NCBI GenBank assembly: GCA_046861395.1
Contig: JBHHUC010000023.1
Location: 1 to 33,158 of the forward strand
Source of the DNA: Fidelibacterota bacterium
Lineage (GTDB): Bacteria; Fidelibacterota; Marinisomatia; Marinisomatales; JABMOV01
DNA: 33,158 nt
Reading direction: 5' to 3'
Under the pieces are notes generated by a model, which worked only from the letters and a program-made list of their open reading frames with translations, ran no database searches and was not told the origin of the DNA. Below are positions 18,929-27,307 of this stretch, piece by piece; within the stretch, counting starts at the first letter, position 1; each line of letters begins with the position of its first letter. The translations under genes were made by a program, and so were the position numbers.

Positions 18929-21757
18929 ATGTGGAAGAGAATCGTTATCGGAATCAGAGAATCGGCCAATCTCATTCTGTTGGGTATTATGCTAACCAGT
19001 TTGGGTCTGGGGCAGGAACGATCTTTCAATGTTGCCGGATATGATTGCGGGGATTGTCATGGCGCTGCAGGCTGGGAAATCCTTACCCTTTCCGGATTTA
19101 ACCATGACTTTACCCAATTCCCGTTAACCGGAAGTCATAAGGTTCAGGATTGCTCTGCCTGCCATGAGGGGAATACAATCCAGGAGAAACACGATTTTGA
19201 GCAAGTAACCGCTACCTGTTCTTCCTGTCACATTGATGTACATCAACTTAATCTTGGGCAGGATTGCCAACGCTGTCATGAAACCAATTCCTGGCAGGTG
19301 ACTACGCTGTCTTTCGATCATGAACAAACTCAGTTTTCTCTCCTGGGGGCTCACCGCAACGTAGCCTGTGAACAATGTCATACCGATAAACCCATGATTG
19401 ACTTTACGTCGGTAACGCCGGATTGCTGGGGTTGTCATGAGGACAATTATATGGCCGTAGCGGAACCCTCCCATGCCCTGGCACAGTTTGATCATGACTG
19501 CTCCGTATGTCACCAGCCGCGCCGCCGGTCCTGGACGCCTTCCGATTTTGATCATAATGAATTTTTCGAGCTCACCGGTGCGCATAAACTGGCTCAAAAT
19601 GATTGTTTTAAGTGTCACGAAGGTGTTTTTACCGGTACCCCCCGTGATTGTCGTCCCTGCCATGAAGCACAGTTTGTCGCGACGGGAACCGAAGCTTACC
19701 CCAATGCACCGCGGCATACGGAATCAGATTATTTCGCCGAGCAATGCGAAACCTGTCATTCCACCGTCGATTGGCTTCCGGTTGATTTTAACCATGCTGA
19801 AACGGGATACGAATTAACCGGTCTCCATCTCGTTGCTACCTGCGATCAGTGTCACGGAACAGCCGGGTATGATCTTCCTCAGGATTGTCATGGCTGTCAT
19901 CAGCCACACGGTATCGCAACCACGTCAATTCTGGACGGAACCTATGATCACGTTACCCATTTGCTTCCCGCCGACTGCACCCTCTGTCATTCCACCATCG
20001 GCTGGGATCAGAATCATTTTGAACATAGTACGTTTACGGGAGAAACCTGTGAGGATTGTCATTTAATCGATCATGCCGAATCCACGAACCCACCACATGG
20101 AAACGATAATATCCGGACCGATTGTATTGCCTGTCATGAGCCTGGAAACGGGTGGGAAATTCCCGACTTCCCTCATGACGCCACCCAGACCGATTACGCT
20201 TTGATCGGTATGCATTTATTGGCCGATTGCGAATTGTGTCATCCCAACCAGGTGTATAATACCACACCGACCGATTGTCAGAATTCAATCTGTCATGCTA
20301 CCCAATATACCCAGACGTCCAGTCCCGATCATCAGCTTTACGGTTACCCGGATGTATACTGCGAACAATGCCATCTTCCCATGGGATGGATTCCTTCCAT
20401 TTTTACTCATCCGGCGGATATTACAACCATCGAAACCTGTTCAGCCTGTCACACGCAGGAATATCAGGCGACCACCAATCCGGTACATGATGCGTCTCAG
20501 GGCTTTACCACGGATTGTGCCATGTGCCACATCAGTACGGAAACCTGGTTGGGCGCGGAAATGGATCATTCCAAAGTCACAGCCCCCTGTGCCGACTGCC
20601 ACATTGATAATTATAACCAAGCGCAGAATCCCAACCATGTGGAAAAACAGTATCCCACGGTCTGTGATCAATGTCATTTATCTACGACTACATGGTATGA
20701 TGCTTTTGTGGACCATTCCAATTTTACCGGCTCCTGCTATGATGCCAGTTGTCATTATAATGATTATCACAGTACCACGGATCCCAATCATGTCGACAAC
20801 CAATTCCCCACGACGTGTGATGATTGCCATCTGACGACCAATACCTGGCGAATGGAAGCCTACACCCATCCGGATTTGGGTTTGGACTGTATTATTTGTC
20901 ACCAGACACAGTATGAAGTGTCCACTTATCCCAACCATACGGACAATAATTTCAGTCCAAATTGTCTAGTGTGTCACGAGTCCACTAACACGTGGTTAAT
21001 TACGACTTACCCCCATACCGAACAGGTCCCCTGTGCCGTATGTCATATCGAAGAATATAATAATACTACCGATCCCAATCATGCCGCAAACAATTATGAT
21101 TTGAATTGCATTCTTTGTCATGTGGATCCCAACGCGACCTGGGGTGATGCAGTATTTGATCATTCGACAATTACGGCACCGTGCTGGGATTGTCACTCCG
21201 GTGATTATTTGGGTGTAACAAACCCGGACCACGCCGGGAATAATTATGACCATGATTGTACACTTTGTCATAACGGTACTGTGGACTGGAACGATGTAAC
21301 GTTTGATCATACTAACATTACTTCCGGTTGTGTGGATTGCCATCTGGGAGATTACCAGGACGTATTGAATCCAGACCACGCTGCCCAGGGTTATCCCCAG
21401 GATTGTGAATTGTGTCATAACACGGTGGACTGGAACAATGATTTCTTCAGTCATGCTTTCCCAATATTTTCCGGAGAGCACGCAGGAGAATGGTCCACCT
21501 GTATTGCTGAATGTCATATCAATCCGCAGAATTTTCAGGAATTTTCCTGTGGTTTGAATGGCGTGTGCCATGAACATAACGCCAGCAAAATGAATAGTGA
21601 ACACCAGGGCGAATCGGGCTACGTCTATGAGAGCTGGGCCTGTTATGATTGTCATCCCAATGGGGATGAAGATGACGGAGACGGAGATGGAGACGACGGT
21701 GATCGCCGCCGTCCGCCCAAACATTGGTTTGAAATAATAAAAAAGAGAAGATTCTAA
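18929..21757 (+). CDS. Large secreted multiheme cytochrome c (31 CxxCH plus 4 non-canonical CXnCH)
   Basis: Signal-peptide-like N-terminus; 31 CxxCH motifs plus CQNSICH, CYDASCH, CIAECH and CGLNGVCH; acidic and Thr/Asn-rich. Confidence 0.95.
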   Translation: MWKRIVIGIRESANLILLGIMLTSLGLGQERSFNVAGYDCGDCHGAAGWEILTLSGFNHDFTQFPLTGSHKVQDCSACHEGNTIQEKHDFEQVTATCSSCHIDVHQLNLGQDCQRCHETNSWQVTTLSFDHEQTQFSLLGAHRNVACEQCHTDKPMIDFTSVTPDCWGCHEDNYMAVAEPSHALAQFDHDCSVCHQPRRRSWTPSDFDHNEFFELTGAHKLAQNDCFKCHEGVFTGTPRDCRPCHEAQFVATGTEAYPNAPRHTESDYFAEQCETCHSTVDWLPVDFNHAETGYELTGLHLVATCDQCHGTAGYDLPQDCHGCHQPHGIATTSILDGTYDHVTHLLPADCTLCHSTIGWDQNHFEHSTFTGETCEDCHLIDHAESTNPPHGNDNIRTDCIACHEPGNGWEIPDFPHDATQTDYALIGMHLLADCELCHPNQVYNTTPTDCQNSICHATQYTQTSSPDHQLYGYPDVYCEQCHLPMGWIPSIFTHPADITTIETCSACHTQEYQATTNPVHDASQGFTTDCAMCHISTETWLGAEMDHSKVTAPCADCHIDNYNQAQNPNHVEKQYPTVCDQCHLSTTTWYDAFVDHSNFTGSCYDASCHYNDYHSTTDPNHVDNQFPTTCDDCHLTTNTWRMEAYTHPDLGLDCIICHQTQYEVSTYPNHTDNNFSPNCLVCHESTNTWLITTYPHTEQVPCAVCHIEEYNNTTDPNHAANNYDLNCILCHVDPNATWGDAVFDHSTITAPCWDCHSGDYLGVTNPDHAGNNYDHDCTLCHNGTVDWNDVTFDHTNITSGCVDCHLGDYQDVLNPDHAAQGYPQDCELCHNTVDWNNDFFSHAFPIFSGEHAGEWSTCIAECHINPQNFQEFSCGLNGVCHEHNASKMNSEHQGESGYVYESWACYDCHPNGDEDDGDGDGDDGDRRRPPKHWFEIIKKRRF
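20438..21455 (+). repeat. Seven tandem degenerate di-heme repeats of about 40-43 aa
   Basis: Unit: CxxCH-x3-Y-x4-(N/D)P(N/D)H-x7/8-CxxCH-x4/6-W-x6-H. Confidence 0.85.
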
Positions 21758-22579
21758 ATGACACCGGGATTTTCATCCATCCTTATTCTCTTTCTATCAC
21801 TGCAGCAGTCACCCCTGGTGCTGGAAAAATATGATTGTCAGGATTGCCACACTCCGGACAGTTGGAGGCCGCTGGCATCTCAGCGGAAATTCGATCATGA
21901 TTTGACGGCATTTCCCCTGACAAACATACATTCCACCGCCAGTTGCATTCAATGTCACATTGGTGCGTCTGTAGAAGATCTTCATAATTTTGAAAATGCA
22001 GATACCCGGTGTTCCAGCTGTCACATGGATATCCATTATGAAGCCTATGGCAGCGATTGTCAACGTTGCCATGATACGAAATCATGGGATTTCCTAAACT
22101 GGCAGTTCAGCCACGATCAAACCCTGTTTCCCTTGGTCGGTAAACACAGCAATGTTTCCTGCAATAATTGCCACGGAGAAAATGCTCATTTTCGAATCCA
22201 GAATATGACGATAAACTGTCTGGTTTGTCACCGGGATGTTTTTATTGATCAGGTTGCTAATGCCGGACACACTAATAATGAGGACTGTTTTCTCTGCCAC
22301 AACACCCGGGCCTGGTTCCCAAGCGACATGTCTCATCATGATATATTTTTTCCCATATATACTGGCGAACATCGAGGCAAATGGAATGGTTGTAATACAG
22401 AATGTCATTATGATATAAATGACTATAAAGTATTTTCTTGCGGACTGGAAGGAGAGGGTGGCATTTCCTGTCATGCCCACCGCAAACGTAAAATGGAGGA
22501 TGAACATGATAACCGAAGTGGATATTCATACAATAGTAATAAGTGCTATGACTGTCATCCCAAAGGAAAAGAAGATTAA
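21758..22579 (+). CDS. Secreted multiheme cytochrome c (8 CxxCH plus 2 non-canonical), short paralog of the upstream gene
   Basis: Eight CxxCH motifs plus CNTECH and CGLEGEGGISCH. The N- and C-termini align by eye with those of the 942-aa cytochrome. Confidence 0.93.
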   Translation: MTPGFSSILILFLSLQQSPLVLEKYDCQDCHTPDSWRPLASQRKFDHDLTAFPLTNIHSTASCIQCHIGASVEDLHNFENADTRCSSCHMDIHYEAYGSDCQRCHDTKSWDFLNWQFSHDQTLFPLVGKHSNVSCNNCHGENAHFRIQNMTINCLVCHRDVFIDQVANAGHTNNEDCFLCHNTRAWFPSDMSHHDIFFPIYTGEHRGKWNGCNTECHYDINDYKVFSCGLEGEGGISCHAHRKRKMEDEHDNRSGYSYNSNKCYDCHPKGKED

Positions 22580-24118
22580 ATGAGAATGTATTTTCTATTA
22601 GTGGCATTAATGACTGGACTGCTGGCCCAAGACCGGGTCACGATTCAGGGAAAAATAACCTATCTTACGGTGGATCAAGTTTACAGCGATGTGGGACAGA
22701 TCGATCAAGTGGAAATCGGTGATACGTTAACCGTTCTGCGCAAAAATAAAGAAATCGGGAGAATCATTGTTACCAATCTGGCCAGCAAATCCAGCGTTTC
22801 TTCGTCCATCGTTCCTACCGAGACCTATCAACTGGGAGACCGTGTTTATCTCGTCAAACAAATGGAGAAGAAGCCGGAGACCGACGTTCAGGATACGACA
22901 GCAGCGGAAGAGGAAAGTGCCACCGAAAAAGTGGAAGAGACCAAAGTGAATCGATTTCGTCACAGCGGGAATTTCAGTCTGCGTTATTCCCATGTGACGT
23001 TCGATGCAGGTACAAATTCGGACCGCGGTGTTTCCACGCTGCAGTACAATTTGAGTTCGCTCGGCAGTTTTCCGCTCACAATCGCCCTGTACGGACGAGG
23101 TGATTTCATCTCGGGGAATTACGCCCTGTACCAGGCTCGTATTACCTTGGGTAACCGGTCCTCGCTGTTCAACGCTCAGATCGGTCGTGTCTTTTCTTCC
23201 GAATTATCCGGTATGGGTGCCACCGATGGTGTGATGGCCAGCATTCATCCCGGGGAAAACATCAGTGCCGGATTTGTCTTTGGGATGCAACCGGATCCCA
23301 TTTCCCTGACCTTCAACCGGGACATCAAGAAAATGGGTTTCTTCGGGAGAGTGCAAAAGAAGACCGGTCGATTGACGGTATTGGGACAAACAGCCGTTGT
23401 GGGGCAATATTCCCGGGGCAATGTAGATCGTGAATTTCTGGTGCTCAAAGGCGTCATTCGCGGACGGTCCGCGTGGAGCCTGCGGGCCAATGCCACCGTG
23501 GACTATTACCGCAAACAATATATTTCCACCCGCCAGTCGTCCGCCCTGACCAACGGTGAACTGTCCCTACGAATTCGTCCCCTGAAGAGTCTTACCATTT
23601 CATCGCGTTTATCGACCAACCGGCTCATCATTTACCGGGAATCAACTACATCATTTGTGGATTCACTGTTTCAGGACGAATTGCGATCGGGATTATTTAA
23701 TTCCATTACCTACCGCCACTCGGTCATTGGGAAATTTGGTCTGGGCTTTAATATGAGAACAGGGAGTACCGACCGACCGTCGCTGGTGGGACGCTTTTCC
23801 TATGGAACCGGATCTTATCTGCAGAAATCCTACGGTGATTTTGTCCTCATGTATATTCAAAATTTCCTGATAACCGGACTCCGGACGCAATTGGGCTGGG
23901 GCCGCGAAGTGGGTGAAAACGGACATCTCTATTTTCAGTATGAATATTATACCTACGGGTATGGGAAATTGCTGACGGGCTATACCCAACATACATTTTC
24001 CGGAAACCTGACCCACCGTTTTGGTAAACGCTTCATTCTGAATACGTCCATTGAATATAACAATGAAGCGGCATTTTCCATCCTCTATCTGTACGCCGGA
24101 GCAACCTACCGCTTTTAA
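22580..24118 (+). CDS. Outer-membrane beta-barrel protein (putative porin of a porin-cytochrome complex)
   Basis: Signal peptide, a small N-terminal domain and an acidic linker, then about 380 aa of alternating amphipathic strands. It ends in a BAM-type signal (LYAGATYRF) and has no Cys. Confidence 0.8.
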   Translation: MRMYFLLVALMTGLLAQDRVTIQGKITYLTVDQVYSDVGQIDQVEIGDTLTVLRKNKEIGRIIVTNLASKSSVSSSIVPTETYQLGDRVYLVKQMEKKPETDVQDTTAAEEESATEKVEETKVNRFRHSGNFSLRYSHVTFDAGTNSDRGVSTLQYNLSSLGSFPLTIALYGRGDFISGNYALYQARITLGNRSSLFNAQIGRVFSSELSGMGATDGVMASIHPGENISAGFVFGMQPDPISLTFNRDIKKMGFFGRVQKKTGRLTVLGQTAVVGQYSRGNVDREFLVLKGVIRGRSAWSLRANATVDYYRKQYISTRQSSALTNGELSLRIRPLKSLTISSRLSTNRLIIYRESTTSFVDSLFQDELRSGLFNSITYRHSVIGKFGLGFNMRTGSTDRPSLVGRFSYGTGSYLQKSYGDFVLMYIQNFLITGLRTQLGWGREVGENGHLYFQYEYYTYGYGKLLTGYTQHTFSGNLTHRFGKRFILNTSIEYNNEAAFSILYLYAGATYRF

Positions 24119-24130
24119 GGGATAGGCTTT

Positions 24131-24472
24131 TCAGCGGTTCATCAGTCCAAGATAGAACCCGCTGCCCAGGCCGTACAGAACAATATCCCAACCGTCGGAA
24201 GTAAAATGGGCGGAGTAGCGGGGCAGGATTCCTTCAAACACAAGGGCGAGAATGAATCCAATGCCAATGACGTGTGCTGTGGGTAGTATGAAGTCCCGTT
24301 TAATCACCAGTCGTTGGACTACCAGTATGATGGTGCCCAGGATGGGTACGGCGAACAGATCGTCGATATAGGGCGCAATCAGCGAAGGAACCAGCGCCGG
24401 TGTAAGATAATGAATCCCGACGACTATGATCATCCCTGAAAACAGAAGGATGGTTCGCCGGGGAAGAATCAT
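24131..24472 (-). CDS. Small integral membrane protein of unknown function
   Basis: About four hydrophobic segments with YIDDLFAVP, FEGILP and DGWDIVLYGLG motifs; convergent on the porin gene. Confidence 0.75.
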   Translation of the reverse strand: MILPRRTILLFSGMIIVVGIHYLTPALVPSLIAPYIDDLFAVPILGTIILVVQRLVIKRDFILPTAHVIGIGFILALVFEGILPRYSAHFTSDGWDIVLYGLGSGFYLGLMNR

Positions 24473-24555
24473 ATATTGAGAAAAGCAATAACGGGAAGCA
24501 AAATAATCAGCATTCCGGCCGTAATGACGGTGGAACGGTTCCAGATATTTTTCAT
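24469..24555 (-). CDS. Putative 28-aa single-TM small protein
   Basis: MKNIWNRSTVITAGMLIILLPVIAFLNI. It starts 1 nt after the GNAT stop and ends in an ATGA overlap with the next gene. Confidence 0.5.
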   Translation of the reverse strand: MKNIWNRSTVITAGMLIILLPVIAFLNI

Positions 24556-24556
24556 A

Positions 24557-25174
24557 TTAAATCCTAGTCGCAAGTGGGGGATTGTTTTTCTGGTACGGTG
24601 AAGGCTCGGGATGTAAATCCCGGCGATAGTATTCAAATGTCTTGCCAGTACCTTGCCAGTTTTCCACCCGGTTAACAATTTGTACATCCCCCGAAAATTT
24701 TGATGATACTCCTACCTTAACATGTCCTGTAATATATCGGATTCCTTCCCGCTTTTTCGCCCAACTGATATAAACCCGTTTTAACATTTTGGCATATCCA
24801 TTGTCTTTATAGTCCGACATGATCACAAAAGCATAGGTGTATAATGTGTTGCGTTTGCCGAAATTGGGATCAGTATGAACCCAGGGCTCATTGCTCATTT
24901 CTTCAATGGGTACACCGATGATGTATCCGATGATTTCATTCCGGTAGCGGGCAATGAACGGCAGGGAGCCGGGTTTGTTGAAATAGCGATGGATGGTGGT
25001 ATTGGTCAATACGGCTTTTTCACCGTACTCTTCCGCCAGATGTTCCGAAATATCAATCAAGGCGGGGAAGTCCTCCTCTCCGATATGATTCAATAATTCG
25101 ATCTGGAAAACACCGCTGGAGGCAATGACCCGGGTCTGAGAGCGGTTTTCACTGTATAATGATAGTTGTTCCAT
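24557..25174 (-). CDS. GNAT-fold (N-acetyltransferase-like) protein
   Basis: FIARYRNEIIGYIIG strands, then LYTYAFVIMSDYKDNGYAKML, resembling the acetyl-CoA-binding motif A. Confidence 0.7.
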   Translation of the reverse strand: MEQLSLYSENRSQTRVIASSGVFQIELLNHIGEEDFPALIDISEHLAEEYGEKAVLTNTTIHRYFNKPGSLPFIARYRNEIIGYIIGVPIEEMSNEPWVHTDPNFGKRNTLYTYAFVIMSDYKDNGYAKMLKRVYISWAKKREGIRYITGHVKVGVSSKFSGDVQIVNRVENWQGTGKTFEYYRRDLHPEPSPYQKNNPPLATRI

Positions 25175-25316
25175 CCCTAAAAATTACAGTTGATTCTGCA
25201 AACCGGAGACAAGGAAAATTATTAATTTCCAATTACGGTGTTCCGTACTACTGATCTGGTGAAGTTTCTGTGTTATGCGTTCCATAATTCCGGTAAAGTG
25301 GTCGTAATTTTAATAA

Positions 25317-26120
25317 ATGAATTCGTTCACGCAACGCCTCTCAGCGCGCATTCGGAAATCACAGTCCTGGCTCTGTGTCGGTCTTGATATATCCCCGGAA
25401 GGATTAGGTGCGGCAAATCCTTCATTGCAAGAAGTAAAAGATCACTGCCGGAGAGTGATTTCCGCCACCCACGAATTGGCCTGTGCCTATAAGCCCAATC
25501 TGGCGTTTTTCGAACGGTGGGGGGCCGATGGTTTTGTCTGGTTGTCAGAAGTCCTGGCCGAAATTGGACCGGGTGTGATTAAGATCGGCGATGCCAAACG
25601 GGGCGATATCGGGAATACGGCACAACAATATGCCATGGCTTTTTTTGATCATTTTCAGTTTGATGCTATAACGGTAAACCCCTACATGGGAGAGGATAGC
25701 ATCAAACCTTTTTTAGACTTTCCGGGGAAAGGTGTTTTTATTTTAACCCGAACGTCAAATCCGGCAGCCGCCTTTTTCCAGAATCATAGTGAAGAGGGTA
25801 GCCCACTTTACATCAGTGTGGCTAAGGTATGCCAGTCCCTGAACCAAAATGACAATATCGGGTTAGTCGTTGGCGCCACGGCCCCGGCGGAGTTGAAACA
25901 AATCCGGGATTTAGTACCTGGACTGCCCTTGTTGATCCCGGGTGTCGGAACCCAGGGAGGGAACCTGAAAAGCAGTCTGCTAATCGGTAATAGCCAGGGG
26001 GATGCCATCATTAATGTTTCCCGGGGCATTGCCTTTGCCGGAGATATGTCGGAACGCGAAATCAATCGGGTCGCCCGACGCTATGTGGACCAAATGAGGA
26101 GATTAATGGATGAAGGATGA
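25317..26120 (+). CDS. pyrF: Orotidine-5'-phosphate decarboxylase (type 2)
   Basis: LCVGLD, YKPNLAFF, DAKRGDIGNT, GLVVGAT and LLIPGVGTQGG motifs. Confidence 0.96.
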   Translation: MNSFTQRLSARIRKSQSWLCVGLDISPEGLGAANPSLQEVKDHCRRVISATHELACAYKPNLAFFERWGADGFVWLSEVLAEIGPGVIKIGDAKRGDIGNTAQQYAMAFFDHFQFDAITVNPYMGEDSIKPFLDFPGKGVFILTRTSNPAAAFFQNHSEEGSPLYISVAKVCQSLNQNDNIGLVVGATAPAELKQIRDLVPGLPLLIPGVGTQGGNLKSSLLIGNSQGDAIINVSRGIAFAGDMSEREINRVARRYVDQMRRLMDEG

Positions 26121-26679
26121 AGCTGCTCATCAGCTATTTGTAAGAACAGGCGCTTTACTGGAAGGACATTTTATTCTGTCTTCCGGTCGTCACAGTGCGA
26201 CCTATTTTCAATGCGCCAAACTACTTCAGTATCCCGAGTATTTGGAACAAATGGCGCAGGAGATTGTTGTCCATTTTTCTTCCCATTGCATTGAAACCGT
26301 AGTGAGTCCGGCCATTGGCGGGATTGTAATCGGCACGGAAGTGGGACGTCAGCTGCGGGCCAAAACCATCTTTGCGGAACGGCAGGAAGGCCGGATGGTC
26401 CTGCGGCGGGGTTTTACCATTTCTCCGGGTGAAAAATTATTGATTGTCGAAGATGTCATTACCACCGGCGGTTCGGTAAAGGAAGTTATGGAATTGTGTC
26501 GCCATTATGGAGGGAATATCATCGGTGTAGGCGTCGTCGTAGATCGCAGTAACGGAACGGTCAGACTCCATGAGAATCAGTATGCTGTGACGCAACAGGC
26601 CACCGAATCATACGAACCGGATAACCTGCCGGACTGGTTGGCCGCATTACCACCGCAGAAACCGGGAAGCCGAAACTAA
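26110..26679 (+). CDS. pyrE: Orotate phosphoribosyltransferase
   Basis: GHFILSSGRHS and the PRPP-binding motif IVEDVITTGGS; overlaps pyrF. Confidence 0.95.
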   Translation: MKDEAAHQLFVRTGALLEGHFILSSGRHSATYFQCAKLLQYPEYLEQMAQEIVVHFSSHCIETVVSPAIGGIVIGTEVGRQLRAKTIFAERQEGRMVLRRGFTISPGEKLLIVEDVITTGGSVKEVMELCRHYGGNIIGVGVVVDRSNGTVRLHENQYAVTQQATESYEPDNLPDWLAALPPQKPGSRN

Positions 26680-26701
26680 CATTTTTTTGAAGGAGAGATA
26701 G

Positions 26702-27307
26702 ATGATTGGAAATATAAGCCTGATTTTCCTCGCTGTATTACTGGTTGTGGGGTGTACCAGTGAAGAAAAAGTAGGAGTGATATCAACCCGTTTTGGTGAT
26801 ATCATTGTGGAATTCTACCCTGATCTGGCACCTAAGCATGTGGAGAGTTTCCAGACGCTGGCCGAGGAAGGATATTATAACGGAACAATATTTCACCGGG
26901 TGATACCTGGATTTGTCATTCAAGGGGGTGACCCGAACACGAAAGGAACGAATAAAGCGTTATATGGCATGGGGGGACACGCCGGGAAATATTATGGCAT
27001 CGGTGAGGAAGACAACCCGGAAACCTGGATGTTGCCGGCCGAGTTTAACCCAACCCCGCATCACCGAGGAATTTTATCAATGGCCCGGTCCCGCGATCCC
27101 AATAGTGCCGGCAGTCAATTCTTCATTTGTGTTGCGAATGCCAATCAACTCGATAATCAATACACAGTCTTTGGGAATGTTATCCAGGGATTGGATGTTG
27201 TGGACCGCATTGTAAACCTGCCCCGTGATCAACGGGATAATCCACACGAGCGGGTTGAGATGACCGTGAAGATTGTACCTCGTTCAAGCATTAAATCGCT
27301 TGAATAA
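26702..27307 (+). CDS. Cyclophilin-type peptidyl-prolyl isomerase, probable lipoprotein
   Basis: FHRVIPGFVIQGGD, LSMAR and SAGSQFFI motifs; lipobox-like LVVGC; GAAGGAG ribosome-binding site. Confidence 0.93.
   Translation: MIGNISLIFLAVLLVVGCTSEEKVGVISTRFGDIIVEFYPDLAPKHVESFQTLAEEGYYNGTIFHRVIPGFVIQGGDPNTKGTNKALYGMGGHAGKYYGIGEEDNPETWMLPAEFNPTPHHRGILSMARSRDPNSAGSQFFICVANANQLDNQYTVFGNVIQGLDVVDRIVNLPRDQRDNPHERVEMTVKIVPRSSIKSLE

Noticed and set aside
20438..21455. Periodic DNA that could be mistaken for a CRISPR array or minisatellite
   Set aside because: The units are degenerate at the DNA level and conserved at the protein level. There are no identical direct repeats with unique spacers, and no cas genes.
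17441..22607. Many long antisense and alternate-frame ORFs across the cytochrome genes (e.g. 20996-21724, 19124-19717, 20295-20834)
   Set aside because: They are shadows of the Cys/His-rich repeats (TGTCAT reads ATGACA in reverse). They have no recognisable motifs and lie wholly within well-supported genes.
18929..24118. Assigning mtrA/mtrB/mtrC or omc gene symbols
   Set aside because: Repeat architecture, sizes and the lack of lipoboxes do not match those families. The similarity is architectural only.
15005..24130. Cytochrome operon as a mobile island
   Set aside because: No integrase, transposase, tRNA or flanking direct repeats were seen, and no obvious compositional break by eye. Horizontal origin cannot be judged without comparative genomes.
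24556..24687. Upstream part of the 72-aa ORF 24469-24687
   Set aside because: It overlaps the GNAT gene in another frame. Only the last 28 codons, from the ATG at 24555, are plausible.
25175..25316. PyrR-type attenuator upstream of pyrF-pyrE
   Set aside because: No PyrR-binding loop motif or convincing terminator/antiterminator pair was seen.
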